Shown piece after piece: positions 14,081 to 27,714 of a DNA stretch of 64,000 nt; the first letter of the stretch is position 1, and every line of letters starts with the position of its first letter. The notes under the pieces are model-generated. The model did no database searches and was not told the origin of the DNA. It was given only the letters and a program-made list of their open reading frames with translations. Made by a program: the position numbers and the translations under genes. Source of the stretch: Kudoa neothunni (taxonomy: Eukaryota > Animalia > Cnidaria); assembly GCA_964304625.1 (NCBI GenBank), contig OZ199838.1:416859-480858 (forward strand). The letters run 5' to 3'.

Positions 14081-14199
14081 TGGCCAAACATTATCATACC
14101 AAATCCTATATAACGAAATGTAAATAAGAAGAAAACTATATATATATATATATATATATCTAAATTCTAATTATGTTATATATTTTTGTACCATCAGAT

Positions 14200-17100
14200 T
14201 TATATTTGTGGGCTAAGGTGTCGTATCGCATCTAGCGCTAAGTTCTTAAAGGTTCCTTGCAAATTTTTTTCGCAATGGCCTTGTTCCTTAAAGTTATTCA
14301 AATTCATCTTTTTCCCGTTGTAAAAAAAAGAAATGCAATTTCCTGCATTGGTTCCAGTAGTTTCATAGTAATATCTAGTTAACTTATATTTGTCTCCATT
14401 TTTCCAGACACCAGCTTGTGGTTGTTTACACGCTTCTACCGCTTTGAGATCACCAAGATGACCAGCTAAATTCGATTAGATATATAACACGGAAAATATA
14501 ATTAATATAAAATACTGGCGGGACAAAAACTAGCACATATCTCTGCAGAACTAAATATATTTTTTGCACCATCATCAAGTTTAACTGAGTCCCCAGTCGG
14601 AGTCAATGATAAAAAAGGACGACATACTCTATTTTCTTTGTCAAAATAAAAGTATTCTTTAACAGTTTCAACATTGGTGTTTATTTCTTGTTCGGATGGT
14701 ACTTGGTATGGTTCAGTCGCATCGCAAGCTGCAACAAAATCCGCTAATTATTACCATCATTGCGTGCCTATCAGTGCAATTTAATACTTATGCATGTTGC
14801 TACGCATTTTGGTAGTTCCTCAAAAAATCCTCTATCTGACAGCTTACCAACTGCAGCATAAACGCATCTTTTTTTGTCTTTGTGTAATACAACTCCCATT
14901 TTAGGAGTATCGTTATCTACTTCAGCAGCAAAAAGGCAGTCAAACTTATTAGGAAATGCAGTAAGAGTGTCATCGTTAGCATTTGTTGCACCACCATTCT
15001 TTTTATCTAAGTCAATTTAGTTTATTCGATAATATAATACAGTTGAATCTAGATTATCCAGAAATTTGGAACATGCGATTTTCTTTCCGGATAGCGAGAT
15101 TTCAATTAGTCAAACGTAAAAAATGTCACACACGCATTTATTTGAAATTTTTGCTTATGTTGATTGTTTACTTGATTTATAAACAATTTTTACTATTTTC
15201 AACGTAAAATATTTTAATTTGTGCCATTTACATTAAAAATGCTGACATATCCCTTGATTAAGAATACAGAGACGTAACCCTCTAACGGATTTAGGGTGTA
15301 TTAAACCCCAAACCACGTTTAATGTGGGAATAAAATTTTCCAACCATCTCAAAGAAAATTGAACTTAAACGTTATTCTCCCAAAAAAATCCATAATCCAT
15401 CCTCTAACGGGCTTGGGGTGAAAAACAACCAAATGAGGAACTGTTGTATAATCCCATCGATAAATTTCCAAGAAAATCTGAAACTAGTATCTCACCTAAT
15501 CCAATGCGGTATTCTTCGTCGATCGATCGAAAATTTCCGTTGGTATAATATTGAGGTTCTCCTAACAGATGGACGGAGAAATGTCGATTTTGTCTGATAT
15601 ATCGGGTTTTGATAATTAACGAAAAATTTTTGTTGAATTATAATGTTCAAGAATACTTCTTCGTAAATTTTATTACAATTATGCGCCAATTTGGGTTATG
15701 CAGAAAAATGGGATTATTTGAACAAGAAGCTTGTACTAATTGGACAATTTTGGTAGGTGAATTAAGATGAACACTTTCATTGAATTTTACGATGATATCC
15801 ACTCCTTAAATTTTATGTTAGATAATAACTTGTTTTTCACACTACTTAACGCAAGGCCTTATCATTCATTGAAAATAATCCACCTTGATTGAACCGAACC
15901 ATTTCGAGCCAGATTAAGTTTTATAATAGATGTGAAAATACTCCAAATTCTATCGATAGAATTTACTAAAAGTTTTCAATTAAATTCAAAGTATTTTTTG
16001 AGTAAATTTAAGCCAAAAAAACTTGGGGTGTTTTTCACCTCAAACCCGTTAGAGCTATGTTTCCCAAACTTTTTTCTATCGCGCCCACTTTTTCTTAAAA
16101 ATAAGTTACGCGCTTCACCTTTTCTAAATGTATTGATTTTTTAAGTTAAACTGTTTATAATTTGGAATCAAGCTTCATGCCACATTAAAATTATAAAATG
16201 GCAAATATATATTTCTTTTTCATTAGAATTAAAATGTATTAGATCAGATCTAATTTAATTTATAGACGGACTTTAAAAATTAAATTTTTACTTTTACATT
16301 CAGTCAAAAACCGTGTTAAGTGAAATTTATGGTAATCCAACCCCTATCAGGCAAAACTTTTCTGTATTGGGGGATTATAAACCGAAATTAAATAATTAAT
16401 ATTGAAAATTAATCAATATCGTTTTTGGATAAGTCAATAATAGAGGGCATCACGGTTATAAATGTGACAACATTGGAATTATAACCATTCCGATTCTATT
16501 GAGAAAAAACCATGTAAAACGTTTTTATATTTTTTATATAAATTAATCGGTGCTTTTGTATTGTTTTAGGATATTCACATTCGCTTAAAAATAAGCAAAA
16601 TCAAAAATCGAAGTATCGATTTCAATGTGTGTCACACTGTCCATTTATCTCACCATTATCCATGTCACACCAATGTCCATGATTTTCCACGCCCTACAAG
16701 AGCCGTGCATTGAACGCTCAAAGATTTCCATGCCTCGCCTGTGGGAAACACTGCGTTAGAAGATGGAATTTTTCGCTAGCTTAAAGGGTTAAAGGAAAAA
16801 CAGCACATAATTATGGCAGTTTTTATACGTCTACAGAGGAGTAATCTACTTTTTTAAATAATCGATAATTAACGTTTGTTTAATATACATACAGGCATGT
16901 GTTCAGATATAGCACAAATTTATATAAGAACTGAACGCTTAACTTAAGTTTTAAAAGGAAAATTTATTCATAAATAACCTAGAACTGTTTTTGTTTTGAA
17001 TATTGAATTGGTATATATACCACATTGTATGTCGTACGGTGATGGTTGGTACTTTTATCCGGAAATATGATCAAATAGATCTTCTGGTTTCCGGATAGTC

Positions 17101-17790
17101 GAACATTTATCGGCACGTAATGTCAGTTAAATTCAAATAAAATTTAAAATTTCTTCCAAGTAATCGAATTCCAGATAATCGAGGTTCGATTGTACTACAA
17201 AAAAATTGGTCAAACTTAATTACTATTACAAGCATTTTTGCAGTCTTCTTCACTCATAAAATTATTGGCGTTTCCTCCGCACCCAGAGTATTTGAATGTT
17301 TTGCATGAGTAGGTAGGGGGTGAACCATCAGCTGTCTTTGAAAAATACCACCTCTCAGGTTGATTCGCCTCGGGTACTTTGCAAGCGCCTTCTTCTTTAG
17401 GTAATGCACACGCTTTGGACTGCTCTTCTGGTGTGAATTTTACTAATAATAAAGTTAAAAAACTTTAAATATAATGATTTACAATGATATTGACAAACAG
17501 CCTTTGACACAAAGTTGTTAAAATTTCCTAGTGAACCCAAATATTGGAATTTTTTGCACGTTGCAGTTTCTATGTCGACATACCATCTGTCAGCTACAGC
17601 TGCTTTTTGTTGGGCTTCAGTCATCCAAGCTGGAGCCGCTCCGACATCTTTTACATAAGAATCCAACGCTCTTTCTATTTTTCATTTAAATAAAGTTGAG
17701 TTGAAACAATGTAAATGTACCTAGGGAAGCTGTTTCTAATGAAACAAAGAAAATTAACGAAGCCAACATTCCCATAGGTATTGCAACAAG
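14200..17790 (-). CDS. Secreted multi-Kunitz (BPTI-fold) protein, signal peptide + 5 Kunitz-like domains
   Basis: Exons 17790-17721 (signal LVAIPMGMLASLIFFVSLETAS), 17674-17483, 17442-17224 (canonical CALPKEEGACK...RWYF...CKTFKYSGCGGNANNF...CKNAC), 15006-14788, 14743-14516 and 14465-14200. All joins are phase-1 GT-AG introns (46, 40, 2217, 44, 50 nt). Start is either the ATG at 17775 or an upstream mini-exon near 17857. Confidence 0.88.
15040..17192. mobile_element. pogo/Tigger-like non-autonomous element inside a Kunitz-gene intron
   Basis: TIRs CAGTTGAATCTAGATTATCCAGA / CAATCGAACCTCGATTATCTGGA, each flanked by TA. Removing it leaves a 62-nt intron. Confidence 0.75.
15278..16055. mobile_element. 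Nested piggyBac-like MITE remnant
   Basis: Inverted ends CTCTAACGG(A/G)TTT.GGGTG; an extra end copy at ~15400 and a related end at ~18437-18490 that starts TTAA-CCCT. Confidence 0.5.
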
Positions 17791-18517
17791 CTATTAAAAT
17801 CGTATATTTCCGATGTCTGAATTAATATTATAAATACCTTATTTATATATCGTACATGGTTCGATTCATTAAATACGAATGGATAATATGAATAGTGACC
17901 ATAAACAAAACAACCATAATGTTGTATTACGAATCAATATTCAATCAGCGATCTTTGTGCTAACGCAGCCTAAAGGGATAACATTCAATCCGAAGAATTA
18001 AATTTATTTTTATATTGCGACAGTTTTTACTTTGAATATAATAATAACAATAATATTTCGGTGTTTCTTTTGGTGTTTGGATTGTATAAATTCCTCAAGT
18101 TAAACAATGATAACACCGGCAAAACCTTCTCGTAATAAATGGCATATTTGTATATATAGATACACTTACAATCAGACCAGTTTTTCAATTAAATAGCCAA
18201 AAAATCTATACAAAGTATCAAACAAGATATATAATTTATTAATCATACAGAGTTATTTTAACCCCTTTTTAAATTTGAACAGAACGCAATATTCACCAAC
18301 AAAAATTAGTTCGAATATGGGTAGACCTTAATATAGCCTAATACTTATTTTCTTATATCAAAGAAAGTAAACATTATTTATAAATATAAAAAAAAAACAA
18401 CCAACTAAATACTGATGAAATTGCTGATTTCGATATTAACCCTCTAACAGACGAAAAACAACCACCCCTCAACGGGCTTTGGGGTAAAGAGACGATAATT
18501 GTGAAGCGTGTGGCTAT

Positions 18518-19115
18518 CCCATTTTTAGCGTAGTTTACGACTTTTTTCGTCGAAAGTTGTTCCAAAAAATCTTATATGCTCTTCTCATCTGGAGTGAATC
18601 AAAATTTTCCTCAAAATTATAAAAATACATTTTTCTTCTAATCGCATATATGACAGTGTAGTAAATAATATAATCTCCATGCTAAACACTAGTTCTGTAT
18701 TCCACCATGAAAGAATACGATGTTGAGTACAAATTGTGCAACAAACTGTTTATAATATTTTTAGGTTTTATTCCGCCTAAACTTACTTCACAATAAGTTA
18801 TTATTAACGGTTGTTGTTCAGACATGTAGAATATTGAAAATTTATCGATAGTCAAAATATTTTTTCTATATTATAGCAATATAACTATTTTTAGTTGTGT
18901 GAATTTTTTTAATCGAATCGCTACATTATTAGATGCAGTTATTGAGTCCTATTTGATAAATTATCACCTAAACTGTATTTAAAGAGTAGTTATAAATTGG
19001 AAAATGCATAAAAAACTAATTTGATAGTTCATAAAAATGTTTATAATTGAGAATAATCTCTAGAGATGGAATATATTTGGACAGACTATTATGCACGAAA
19101 AATCAAATGATTTCT
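18518..19115 (+). repeat. Left arm of a ~600-bp near-perfect inverted repeat (partner 27105-27701)
   Basis: Reverse complement matches with no mismatch that I could see over ~575 bp; mismatches occur only at the edges. Confidence 0.93.
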
Positions 19116-19342
19116 GTCGTTAGGTTTAAATCAATTTTTATCTTTAAACCCATTTTTAATATCGAACAAATTTTTTTCGCTTAAAAGTGATATAATTTAT
19201 ATTTTTTATTAAAATTAGAATTACATTTCTTGTCATAACAAAATGTTTGTTAAACGGGATTATATTTTATGACTATTTAGACGTAATAATTCAGTGTAGG
19301 TTTTACTTCTTGATATTTATTTATCTAATCAAGATATATTAA

Positions 19343-22300
19343 CCCTGCCGGGACCAACCGGGGTCATTCGTGACCCCATTTTTCGTATTTTTGGATTTTT
19401 CTGTTTGAAAAAAGATTATACACGTCTCACAGTTTTTGTAATCTAATGAAATGTAATGTTCAATTTTGTTTTTAAGTTATAACTTAAAAACTATCAAGAT
19501 GATACGAGATATAATGATTTTAAGTTAACACATATCAGTAAACCTTGGCTAAACGTAGACATAATAATTTTATTTGTTGAATTTAGGTAGCGAAATTAAA
19601 TAGAATTCATCTGAAATATTGAAAATTTATGAAACCAAGTATGGGAGGAAACATTTTGATTTTATCACTCACTTGTCGAGAGATTCCGAATAACTTAAGG
19701 GATTTGTTGGGCCGGATTACCGCGAGAAGTAAACATTTGGAACGGATAAGTAAAATTACCTGGGAAATTTGAAATGAAATTTGTATTTAGTCATGTCGTA
19801 TTACAAAGATCTGAATAAACTAATTGATGATAATGTAGAGACTGATCAAAGCTCCGATAACGACCTTGAATTTGAAGGTGACCTATCAGATGCCTCATAT
19901 TATGAGGATATTGAGGAGGATTCAGACCCGCGTTCAGACCCATGTTCTAATTCTCAAAATGATGATGAATGCCAAACTGAGAACGATAAATCAATGTCGA
20001 AATAAGGAGTTCTGTGGGATATTACAAATCAAACAAGAACGCGAACTAGAGTTCACAATATCGTCACAAGTAACTCGGGACTTTTAGGTGATGCTAAAAA
20101 TGTGAACAGCATTTCTGATTTCTTTCAACTTTTTATGTCTGACTCCATTCTAGAGAAGATTCTAAATTACACGAATAATTTTTGTGATTCCAATAGCAAG
20201 TATGGAAATGAAAAAAAATAACCATTGAAGAGTTAAAATCTTTTATTGGGATATTAATTGCTTCTGGGCGATGTAATGGTTCAAAATTATCATTAAAAAC
20301 ATTTGGGATACAAACCCGCTATTCAAACAATTTTTTTTTCTGTAGCCATGGCAAGAAATCGTTTTTCTCATATATATAGAGTAATACGGTTTGATGATAG
20401 ACAAACCAGACAATTTAGATTTAATTTATCTAATGATAAATTCGAACCCATTCGGGAAATTTTTAATGAAATAAATGATTCTTTCAAAAAAAACTATTCT
20501 CCTGGTTCTCACATAACCGTCGATGAAAGAATGGTGTCATTTCGCGGAAGATGCCCGTTTCGATTGTACATAAAAAATAAACCCTACACAGGTATGGTTG
20601 GAGGCATTAGAGATTCAAAACAGGTGGAAAAGGTTGTCAAGGAACTAATTGAACCATTTTTTGGATCAGGTCGTGGTGTCACCACTGATAACTTTTTTAC
20701 AACGGTTCCGCTGGAAACTTTCTTGCTACAAAATAAAATTACTTTAACGGGCACTGTTAGGCGCAATAACACTTACATTCCTCAACATTTGCTGGATTTT
20801 AAAAATCAACCTGAGCTTTCGTCCACTTTCTGTTTTTATAATGACATAACAATGATGTCATATATCCCGAAAAAGAATCGAGTTGTTTATTTATTGTCCA
20901 GTGAAATAAATGATGGTGAAATAGAAGCGGGTGTGAGAAAGAGACCAACAATTATTCTCCACTACAATAAAACTAAAGGAGCGGTTGATAACGGTGACAG
21001 AATAACCGGGTTGTACAGTTGTTCAAGATCAACTAGAAGGTGGCCTTTACGTATGTTCATGGATTTGGTGGATATATCAGCTCTCAATGCTTATGTCATA
21101 TGGACGTCCAAATTCCCTGATTGGAGAACTAACGATCGAAGTCGCAGACAACATTTCTTAAGAGATCTGTGTATCGATTTAGTACAGTCGAATGTGTTAC
21201 TTCGTCAAACTGCGGGTTCCAATTATCAATCACACATAAAATACAGTTTTGAACTGTTTAACAAGTACACAAATAATAATGATATATCCGATTCGATAGG
21301 GTTGAGTCCTGTATATAAAAGATCAAGGTGTGTGTTTTATTCAAGAAATACTGATCGAAAAACTAACGTAAAGTGTCATAATTGTAAAAGACCTATCTGC
21401 TCATCACACAGATTTAAAAAGAATGTTGCCTATTGTCAAACATGTAATGTAGATAGTGATTGTTATTTTTGCCGATTTTTTACGCATAAATTGAACTACC
21501 TTATACCCCACAAAATTTTAACATTAATTTTGAGCAACTATCTAAATAATTGAGTTAATTAAGCCCATATACTACCTCTTCGATTAAGGAAATTTTCTAA
21601 TAAGGGTACTTAAAAATGGTGTCGTTTATTAGAATGTCTAACTCGAATAGAGTTAAATTTGCATAATCTTATAAACTTTACATATTTTATATGTATAATA
21701 GAGTTTATTCCTAGTTTAAGAAAAATATTTTTATTTCTGTGATCAATATAAGTGAATGCTAACAATATTATTAAATATTGCTCTAGTTTTATCGAGATTT
21801 TCTTATTAGATTATTAACTTCTAAATAGAAATATAATTTTATTTCAATAAAAAATTTTTTTCCGAGGATTTTCATCCTTGGTTTTATTACGCAAACATCG
21901 TTACAATAAATCATAGTATTCAAATCTCTAGAATACGCCAATCATGCCGATAAAATAGGAATTACAATATATAATTTCAAACCAAATATTCAGTATTACT
22001 CCTAAATATAAATTTCGATGAAGGAAACTCTTTGTTTTGGGAAGATATTACAATCTCACTTTAATCTCAGATTAGTGTTAAGCACGGCGAAGTTCTCAGG
22101 AAAATGTGCTTAATGGAGAAGCATGATCTTCTGTGTTTTCTCTGTTTAAAAATTGTTTCAATGTCGGGGTTCCTTGTGATTAACTTTAAATATAAAAGTG
22201 TGGTGTGTTGTCTGGTATATATTAATGAGAATTTTTTGTTTTGATTCAAATCTTTGTGATTTTCCGATGAGTAATTATTGTGATTTTTATTGATAATGTA

Positions 22301-22466
22301 TTCGCTGTATGAAGTTCTAACAGGTTGATCTAGTTATATTAAATGCATTAATTATAGAACTTACTTAACTTGTCAAAAAAATGTAATAATAAGTAAAAAA
22401 TCACTGGGGTCAAAAAAGACCCCGTTGGGAACACGCGTTTTTTCCATGAGCTCGGTCCCGGGAGGG
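19343..22466 (+). mobile_element. piggyBac transposon (PGBD4-like)
   Basis: TTAA at 19339-19342 and 22467-22470; TIR CCCT(G/C)CCGGGACC; GGGGTC-N6-GACCCC subterminal palindromes. Confidence 0.93.
19793..21553 (+). pseudogene. piggyBac transposase with frameshifts and an internal deletion
   Basis: TVDERMVSFRGRC, TDNFFTT, YNKTKGAVD and a C-terminal Cys-rich domain; the conserved KYGIK segment is missing at ~20583. Confidence 0.88.
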
Positions 22467-23598
22467 TTAATCAGTAAAACTAAAAAATGATATTGAAATC
22501 TTCTGAAAGAATTTCTTAAAGCAAAATACAGAATAACCAGTGTGAGTAATAATACAATAGGAGATTCACAAGACTCTATCGAGTTAACCCATATAACCGA
22601 GAATGGAAAATTCTAATATCTAAAAAGGGAACTGGTTAACAAATATTTGAATAATCTCCGTTTAAATTATAAAAAGAAGTATAAATGTATTTTACGTTTT
22701 ACAACTTATATTCTAACTTAATGAGTTTTAAAAATCTTGCGAACATTTCAATCTTTCTATGTAGAGTTGATCTAAACCAGGCTTCTTGGAGATGGGAATG
22801 AACATGCTCAAATTTGCCCCCCCCCTATCTTATCTTCAGAAGCTTGGTTTTCAAGACATTCCAACAACATTCAATGGTGTTGGAATGTTTGTTTCAATCC
22901 ACATAACGCTCAGAGTGATTAACGGTTTGATGGTCAAACCATGATCACTCAGAATATTATATGCATCCCATCCATCACTATAAATAGTGGTTCTGGGAGG
23001 ACTTCATTAAGAATGATGGACACGAGGATCCTGGCATCTCTTTTTTCAACATAGAAATATCTAACTGCTTCTAAGTTTCTTTTGCTGTCCTCCCTTAGGG
23101 AACAAAGACAGATACCAAAGACCCAAGGCCCATCGATTCTATTATTGTATCGGTCTCTTTGGGCCACGATCAATTCATCATCTAGAAATAGTTTAGATAT
23201 TAATAAGATGTATAATTATTATCATATATAAAATCAACGTCAGAGTCTGATGCACAATATTCACTCCAAATTGTTGAATCTTTTTTCGGGTTATTAAAAG
23301 ATTTTCCAGTACAATTACCTTCAATGTATATTCGTGATTGGGAGTGGGAGACTTCCTTATTTTTGGAAGTCTTCCATTTGTCAAACCCCAAATATCGACA
23401 TTTGTTGTTTTCCGATTTCCTCACAACAAAATTTCGTCGATTTCTACAACGAACCCTGGACCGCCAAATTTCTCCCGGCCGCTAAAAAAATTCGAAACAA
23501 CGTTTCTAATTTTTCCATACCAATACAAATGAATTTTTTATATCAACGTTGATATTCTCGATGGAAGAAAGCATTGTGTGATCCAGGGCCCAATAATA

Positions 23599-25570
23599 TA
23601 GGGTTTCTCAATTGAACTCGGCACCATTTTGGTTCCAACAATAATTCATATTTAAAAACTAATGATATATTTATTAGTTAATCCCGTAAAAAATAAATAT
23701 CAATGGAAAACACATAATATAATACATGTTAAAAACAAGCTCAATTCGATTTCCCCAACAAATTCTTGTGTAACCTTTAATAGGTACCATATAGTAATTC
23801 CTCTTTAAAATTTATTTTTAAGAAAATTGTATCATAGAAAGAACCAATATAATATCAACCTTAGACTTAGGAACAAAAGACCTCGTATAAAAAATACGAT
23901 CAAAAGATCGAGGCAGCGCATTAAAAATACGGTAAACTGAATATGCTTCTTTCGTATCCCAGATAATGGTCTTATCATCAGAATTCTCTAATTCTGTCAA
24001 CCACGTGTGACGTTTTCTGACCGAACTCATTGGTTACTAAAATTGTGTTGTCGCAAAGAAATTTCATAGTGCAATGAATCCAGAAGAGAAAAATAACAAT
24101 TTAATTGAATCCGATGGTTCTATTTCCGATGACAATGAAGTTCTAATTACTTCAGAGCCTAAGAAACGAGTTCAACGGAAAACAATATCGTCTGAACTGA
24201 GAGAGCAAATGTTCAACTTTTTTGAAAAGGGGAGGAGTGATACCTATATTGCATCCGAGATGCGTCTGCCTCGGTCTACAGTCTGGTCTATTATATCCAA
24301 ATTCAGGATGAGTAGAACTCTTGAACCGAAACCTAGAGGCGGAAATAGACGACCTGTTCTTTCTCCTGAACAGAAAGAAAAAATTATTAGCTGGGTAGAC
24401 GAAAATTCTCTGATCTCCCTAAAAGAATTAAAAAATAAAGTCCATGAGGATTTTGGAATTGTTGTGTCGCTTAGTACAATCGACAGAGTGATCGGACAAT
24501 TTCACTATACTCTAAAAAACTTAGTGAAAGTGCCAGAGAGGAGGAACTGCGCTGCGAAACCACCATTCAAAAAAGAAAGGAATACGCAGAAATGTTCAGG
24601 GAATTGGAAACGACGGTGACTCATGAGAGTATTGTTCTCATCGATGAAGTAGGGTTCTCTATTGTGACGCGACCTAAAAGAGGTAGATCGTTAAAAGGAA
24701 CGTCAGCCTATTGCTTCGTTTCGGTCGCTAGAAGCAGGAATATTTCTGTTGTCGCAGCTGTAAATAAAAGTGGAATAATTTACAGCAAAATACACGACAA
24801 GGCGGTTACAGGGAAAGACTTTAAGATTTGTTTAGAAGAGCATAAGAATTCCTGTATAGCGAACGGTGTGCATCAACCGATTTTCGTAATGGATAAAGCA
24901 AGAATCCATCATTACACGGGATTAAAAGATTTGGTTGTTAGAGAAAATATCCTAATAAGGTATTTACCACCTTATAACTCTTTTCTTAATCCCATAGAAA
25001 ATGTCTTCTCTGTTTGGAAGAACCTGGTCATCCGTAGGCAATCCAAAAATGAAAATTAATTAAGAGTGGCCATTAAAGATTGCTTTAAAGAAATTACTCC
25101 ACAACAATGCGATGGATTCTACCGCAAAATGTTGGGATACATTACCAGGTCATCTCGTAGAGAAATTATCTTAGAATAAAAAATATATAAATATCGGATT
25201 TAAAGTTTTGTTTTTCTTGTTTTTATTTATGTCAGAAATTTAGTAACACTATTTAATACCAAACTTAACATGGATATACGCTCTAATCTTATAATAATAT
25301 TTAAAAATATGTTTGAAAGAAAAATAATTATTTTAAATTGTAAAATATTAATCTTACAGCACAATGATTCGAGTATGTAGAGTAGTGTCATCATAATTGT
25401 AAGTTACGAGATATGTATATATATACATATTTTTCTTTTAATTATTCGTTATTAAAAATTAAATTTATAGTTACATCCATATGATTTCAAAGTTTAAATA
25501 TGAATTATTGTTGGAACCAAAATGGTGCCGAGTTTAGTTGCAAATTGCCGCGTTCAATTGAGAAACCCTA
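23599..25570 (+). mobile_element. Tc1/IS630-like transposon
   Basis: TIR TAGGGTTTCTCAATTGAAC plus an inner inverted block CTCGGCACCATTTTGGTTCCAACAATAATTCATATTTAAA; TA flanks. Confidence 0.92.
24074..25178 (+). pseudogene. DD34E transposase with a frameshift (~24555) and a premature stop (25057)
   Basis: LIDEVGF, MDKARIHH and YLPPYNSFLNPIE; homologous to 1855-2862. Confidence 0.9.
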
Positions 25571-27104
25571 TATATTTATTAATTCCATTATTTTTTTGAA
25601 AAATAAATTAGTGGATCCGTTGGGGGACCCCGACGAGGATGAAAAAGTGGAACCCCCGTTTGGAGACACCTTTGTTTTATAATATTTACTCCATTCTTCT
25701 TAATGAACGAAAACAATTACAAAATTACTTTATAAAAATGTAAATATATTGAACTGTGACACCGTTCCTTTTGTTTAACGTCATCTCACTCGAAGAGGTT
25801 TTCAAATTACATTCTTTCGTAGAAATGTAAAGTGAATTACACCTCCTGCAATCCCGGCATCTTTTTGGAACATCGATGATTAATTTATGATCCATTAAAA
25901 ATTTGAATAATACTACATAGTCGTTAACAAGCACAAAAAAATAATCGTTTCCTCTAATTGTTGGTTGAATTATTCTTAGCGCGAATGCGGACCACAAACT
26001 TGCTGGATGATGGTTTTTATGTTGTCTATATAACAAAAAATCGGTGTCCCTTTTGTATAAGCTGTTGTCGTTAACACAGTGGCTTGCAAGCCCCAGTCCG
26101 GTAACAGATTTTAACTCCCAGTTAAAGACTAAGTGCAGCTCCACAGTTATTACCAATTCAATAAAAATTAAGTTCCGTATAATATTGATCCTTTGAACGG
26201 TGCCATGATTAAAACGATATCACCTTGAATATAATTCATTATAATTATTTAAAGAAAATATTAAGCAAAAACTAGGCGGAATATTTCTTTATTTTATAAT
26301 TTTACTTCCGAAGGTCGCTTGCTATCAAACATTTCGATTTTCTTTCTCTCCCGTTCAAGTTCCCGATATAAACTTTCCGATAATAATTATTTACTGTACA
26401 CATCGTTAATAAAGAGAGAGTAACCGCCATCATAACGCAAAATTGAAAATTAGTCATATTTTGTTTTTATATAGAAAATTTTGTGGTTTCATTTTAAACA
26501 TTAATTCTAAAACATGATTGTGGCGGCTAAGCCTATTAACAATTATTATTTTGCGCGAGTCACATAACGTGTCAGTTTTTTGAATCTGTCTTTTGTGCTG
26601 CCGCTTTAATGATTATACATAAAACCCTCAAATAACAACAAATCAGGCCAGGTTACTTTAATTTTGTTCGTTACAAACATGATATTCACATTCGGCATTG
26701 TTGGATTATGATAACTAAAAGAATAATATCTACAATAAAAATATTTACTTTAAAATAAATAAAATTATGTGTGTATTTTATTTCAACGTTGGGCTGAAAT
26801 TTAAGAGACAGCAACCTTAGAATACTATTGTAGTTATTAGATAATGTGATGAAAATCTCAACTCAACATATACTTTTCTTTACTACATAAAAATATAGAA
26901 AAAAGATATTAAACAATAAAAATTGATTTAAACCTATTAGGTATTGGACGCATACCTCTTCGATATAAGGATTAGCGGTATCCGCGAACTATATTGTATT
27001 AAGGCACAACACGTGTACATTCATTTTGTTGTTGTTAAGTTAAGGTTGTCTCTTGATAGCGCACATTACGCTAGGCTTCTTAGACGTAACAAAATCTAAC
27101 AATA

Positions 27105-27701
27105 GAAATCATTTGATTTTTCGTTCATAATAGTCTGTCCAAATATATTCCATCTCTAGAGATTATTCTCAATTATAAACATTTTTATGAACTATCAAAT
27201 TAGTTTTTTATGCATTTTCCAATTTATAACTACTCTTTAAATACAGTTTAGGTGATAATTTATCAAATAGGACTCAATAACTGCATCTAATAATGTAGCG
27301 ATTCGATTAAAAAAATTCACACAACTAAAAATAGTTATATTGCTATAATATAGAAAAAATATTTTGACTATCGATAAATTTTCAATATTCTACATGTCTG
27401 AACAACAACCGTTAATAATAACTTATTGTGAAGTAAGTTTAGGCGGAATAAAACCTAAAAATATTATAAACAGTTTGTTGCACAATTTGTACTCAACATC
27501 GTATTCTTTCATGGTGGAATACAGAACTAGTGTTTAGCATGGAGATTATATTATTTACTACACTGTCATATATGCGATTAGAAGAAAAATGTATTTTTAT
27601 AATTTTGAGGAAAATTTTGATTCACTCCAGATGAGAAGAGCATATAAGATTTTTTGGAACAACTTTCGACGAAAAAAGTCGTAAACTACGCTAAAAATGG
27701 G
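27105..27701 (-). repeat. Right arm of the ~600-bp inverted repeat (partner 18518-19115)
   Basis: Direct reverse-complement identity. Confidence 0.93.
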
Positions 27702-27714
27702 GGAGCTACACCTA

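Larger units (their letters stand above)
22700..26154 (-). mobile_element. Degenerate Merlin (ISXO2/IS1595-like) element interrupted by a Tc1-like insertion
   Basis: KRCRDC zinc ribbon (~25860), VVEIDE (~23440) and RIDGPWVFGI...VEKRD (~23000-23130); GGTAAT-type terminus at 26154. The other end was not found. Confidence 0.75.

Noticed and set aside
26170-26260. Possible continuation of palindrome homology with ~58690-58760
   Set aside because: Only short AT-rich matches; not convincing by eye.
18518-27701. Polinton/Maverick or single composite transposon defined by the 600-bp inverted repeats
   Set aside because: No TSD, no AG...CT termini, and no polB, integrase or capsid genes; the interior is independent TEs.
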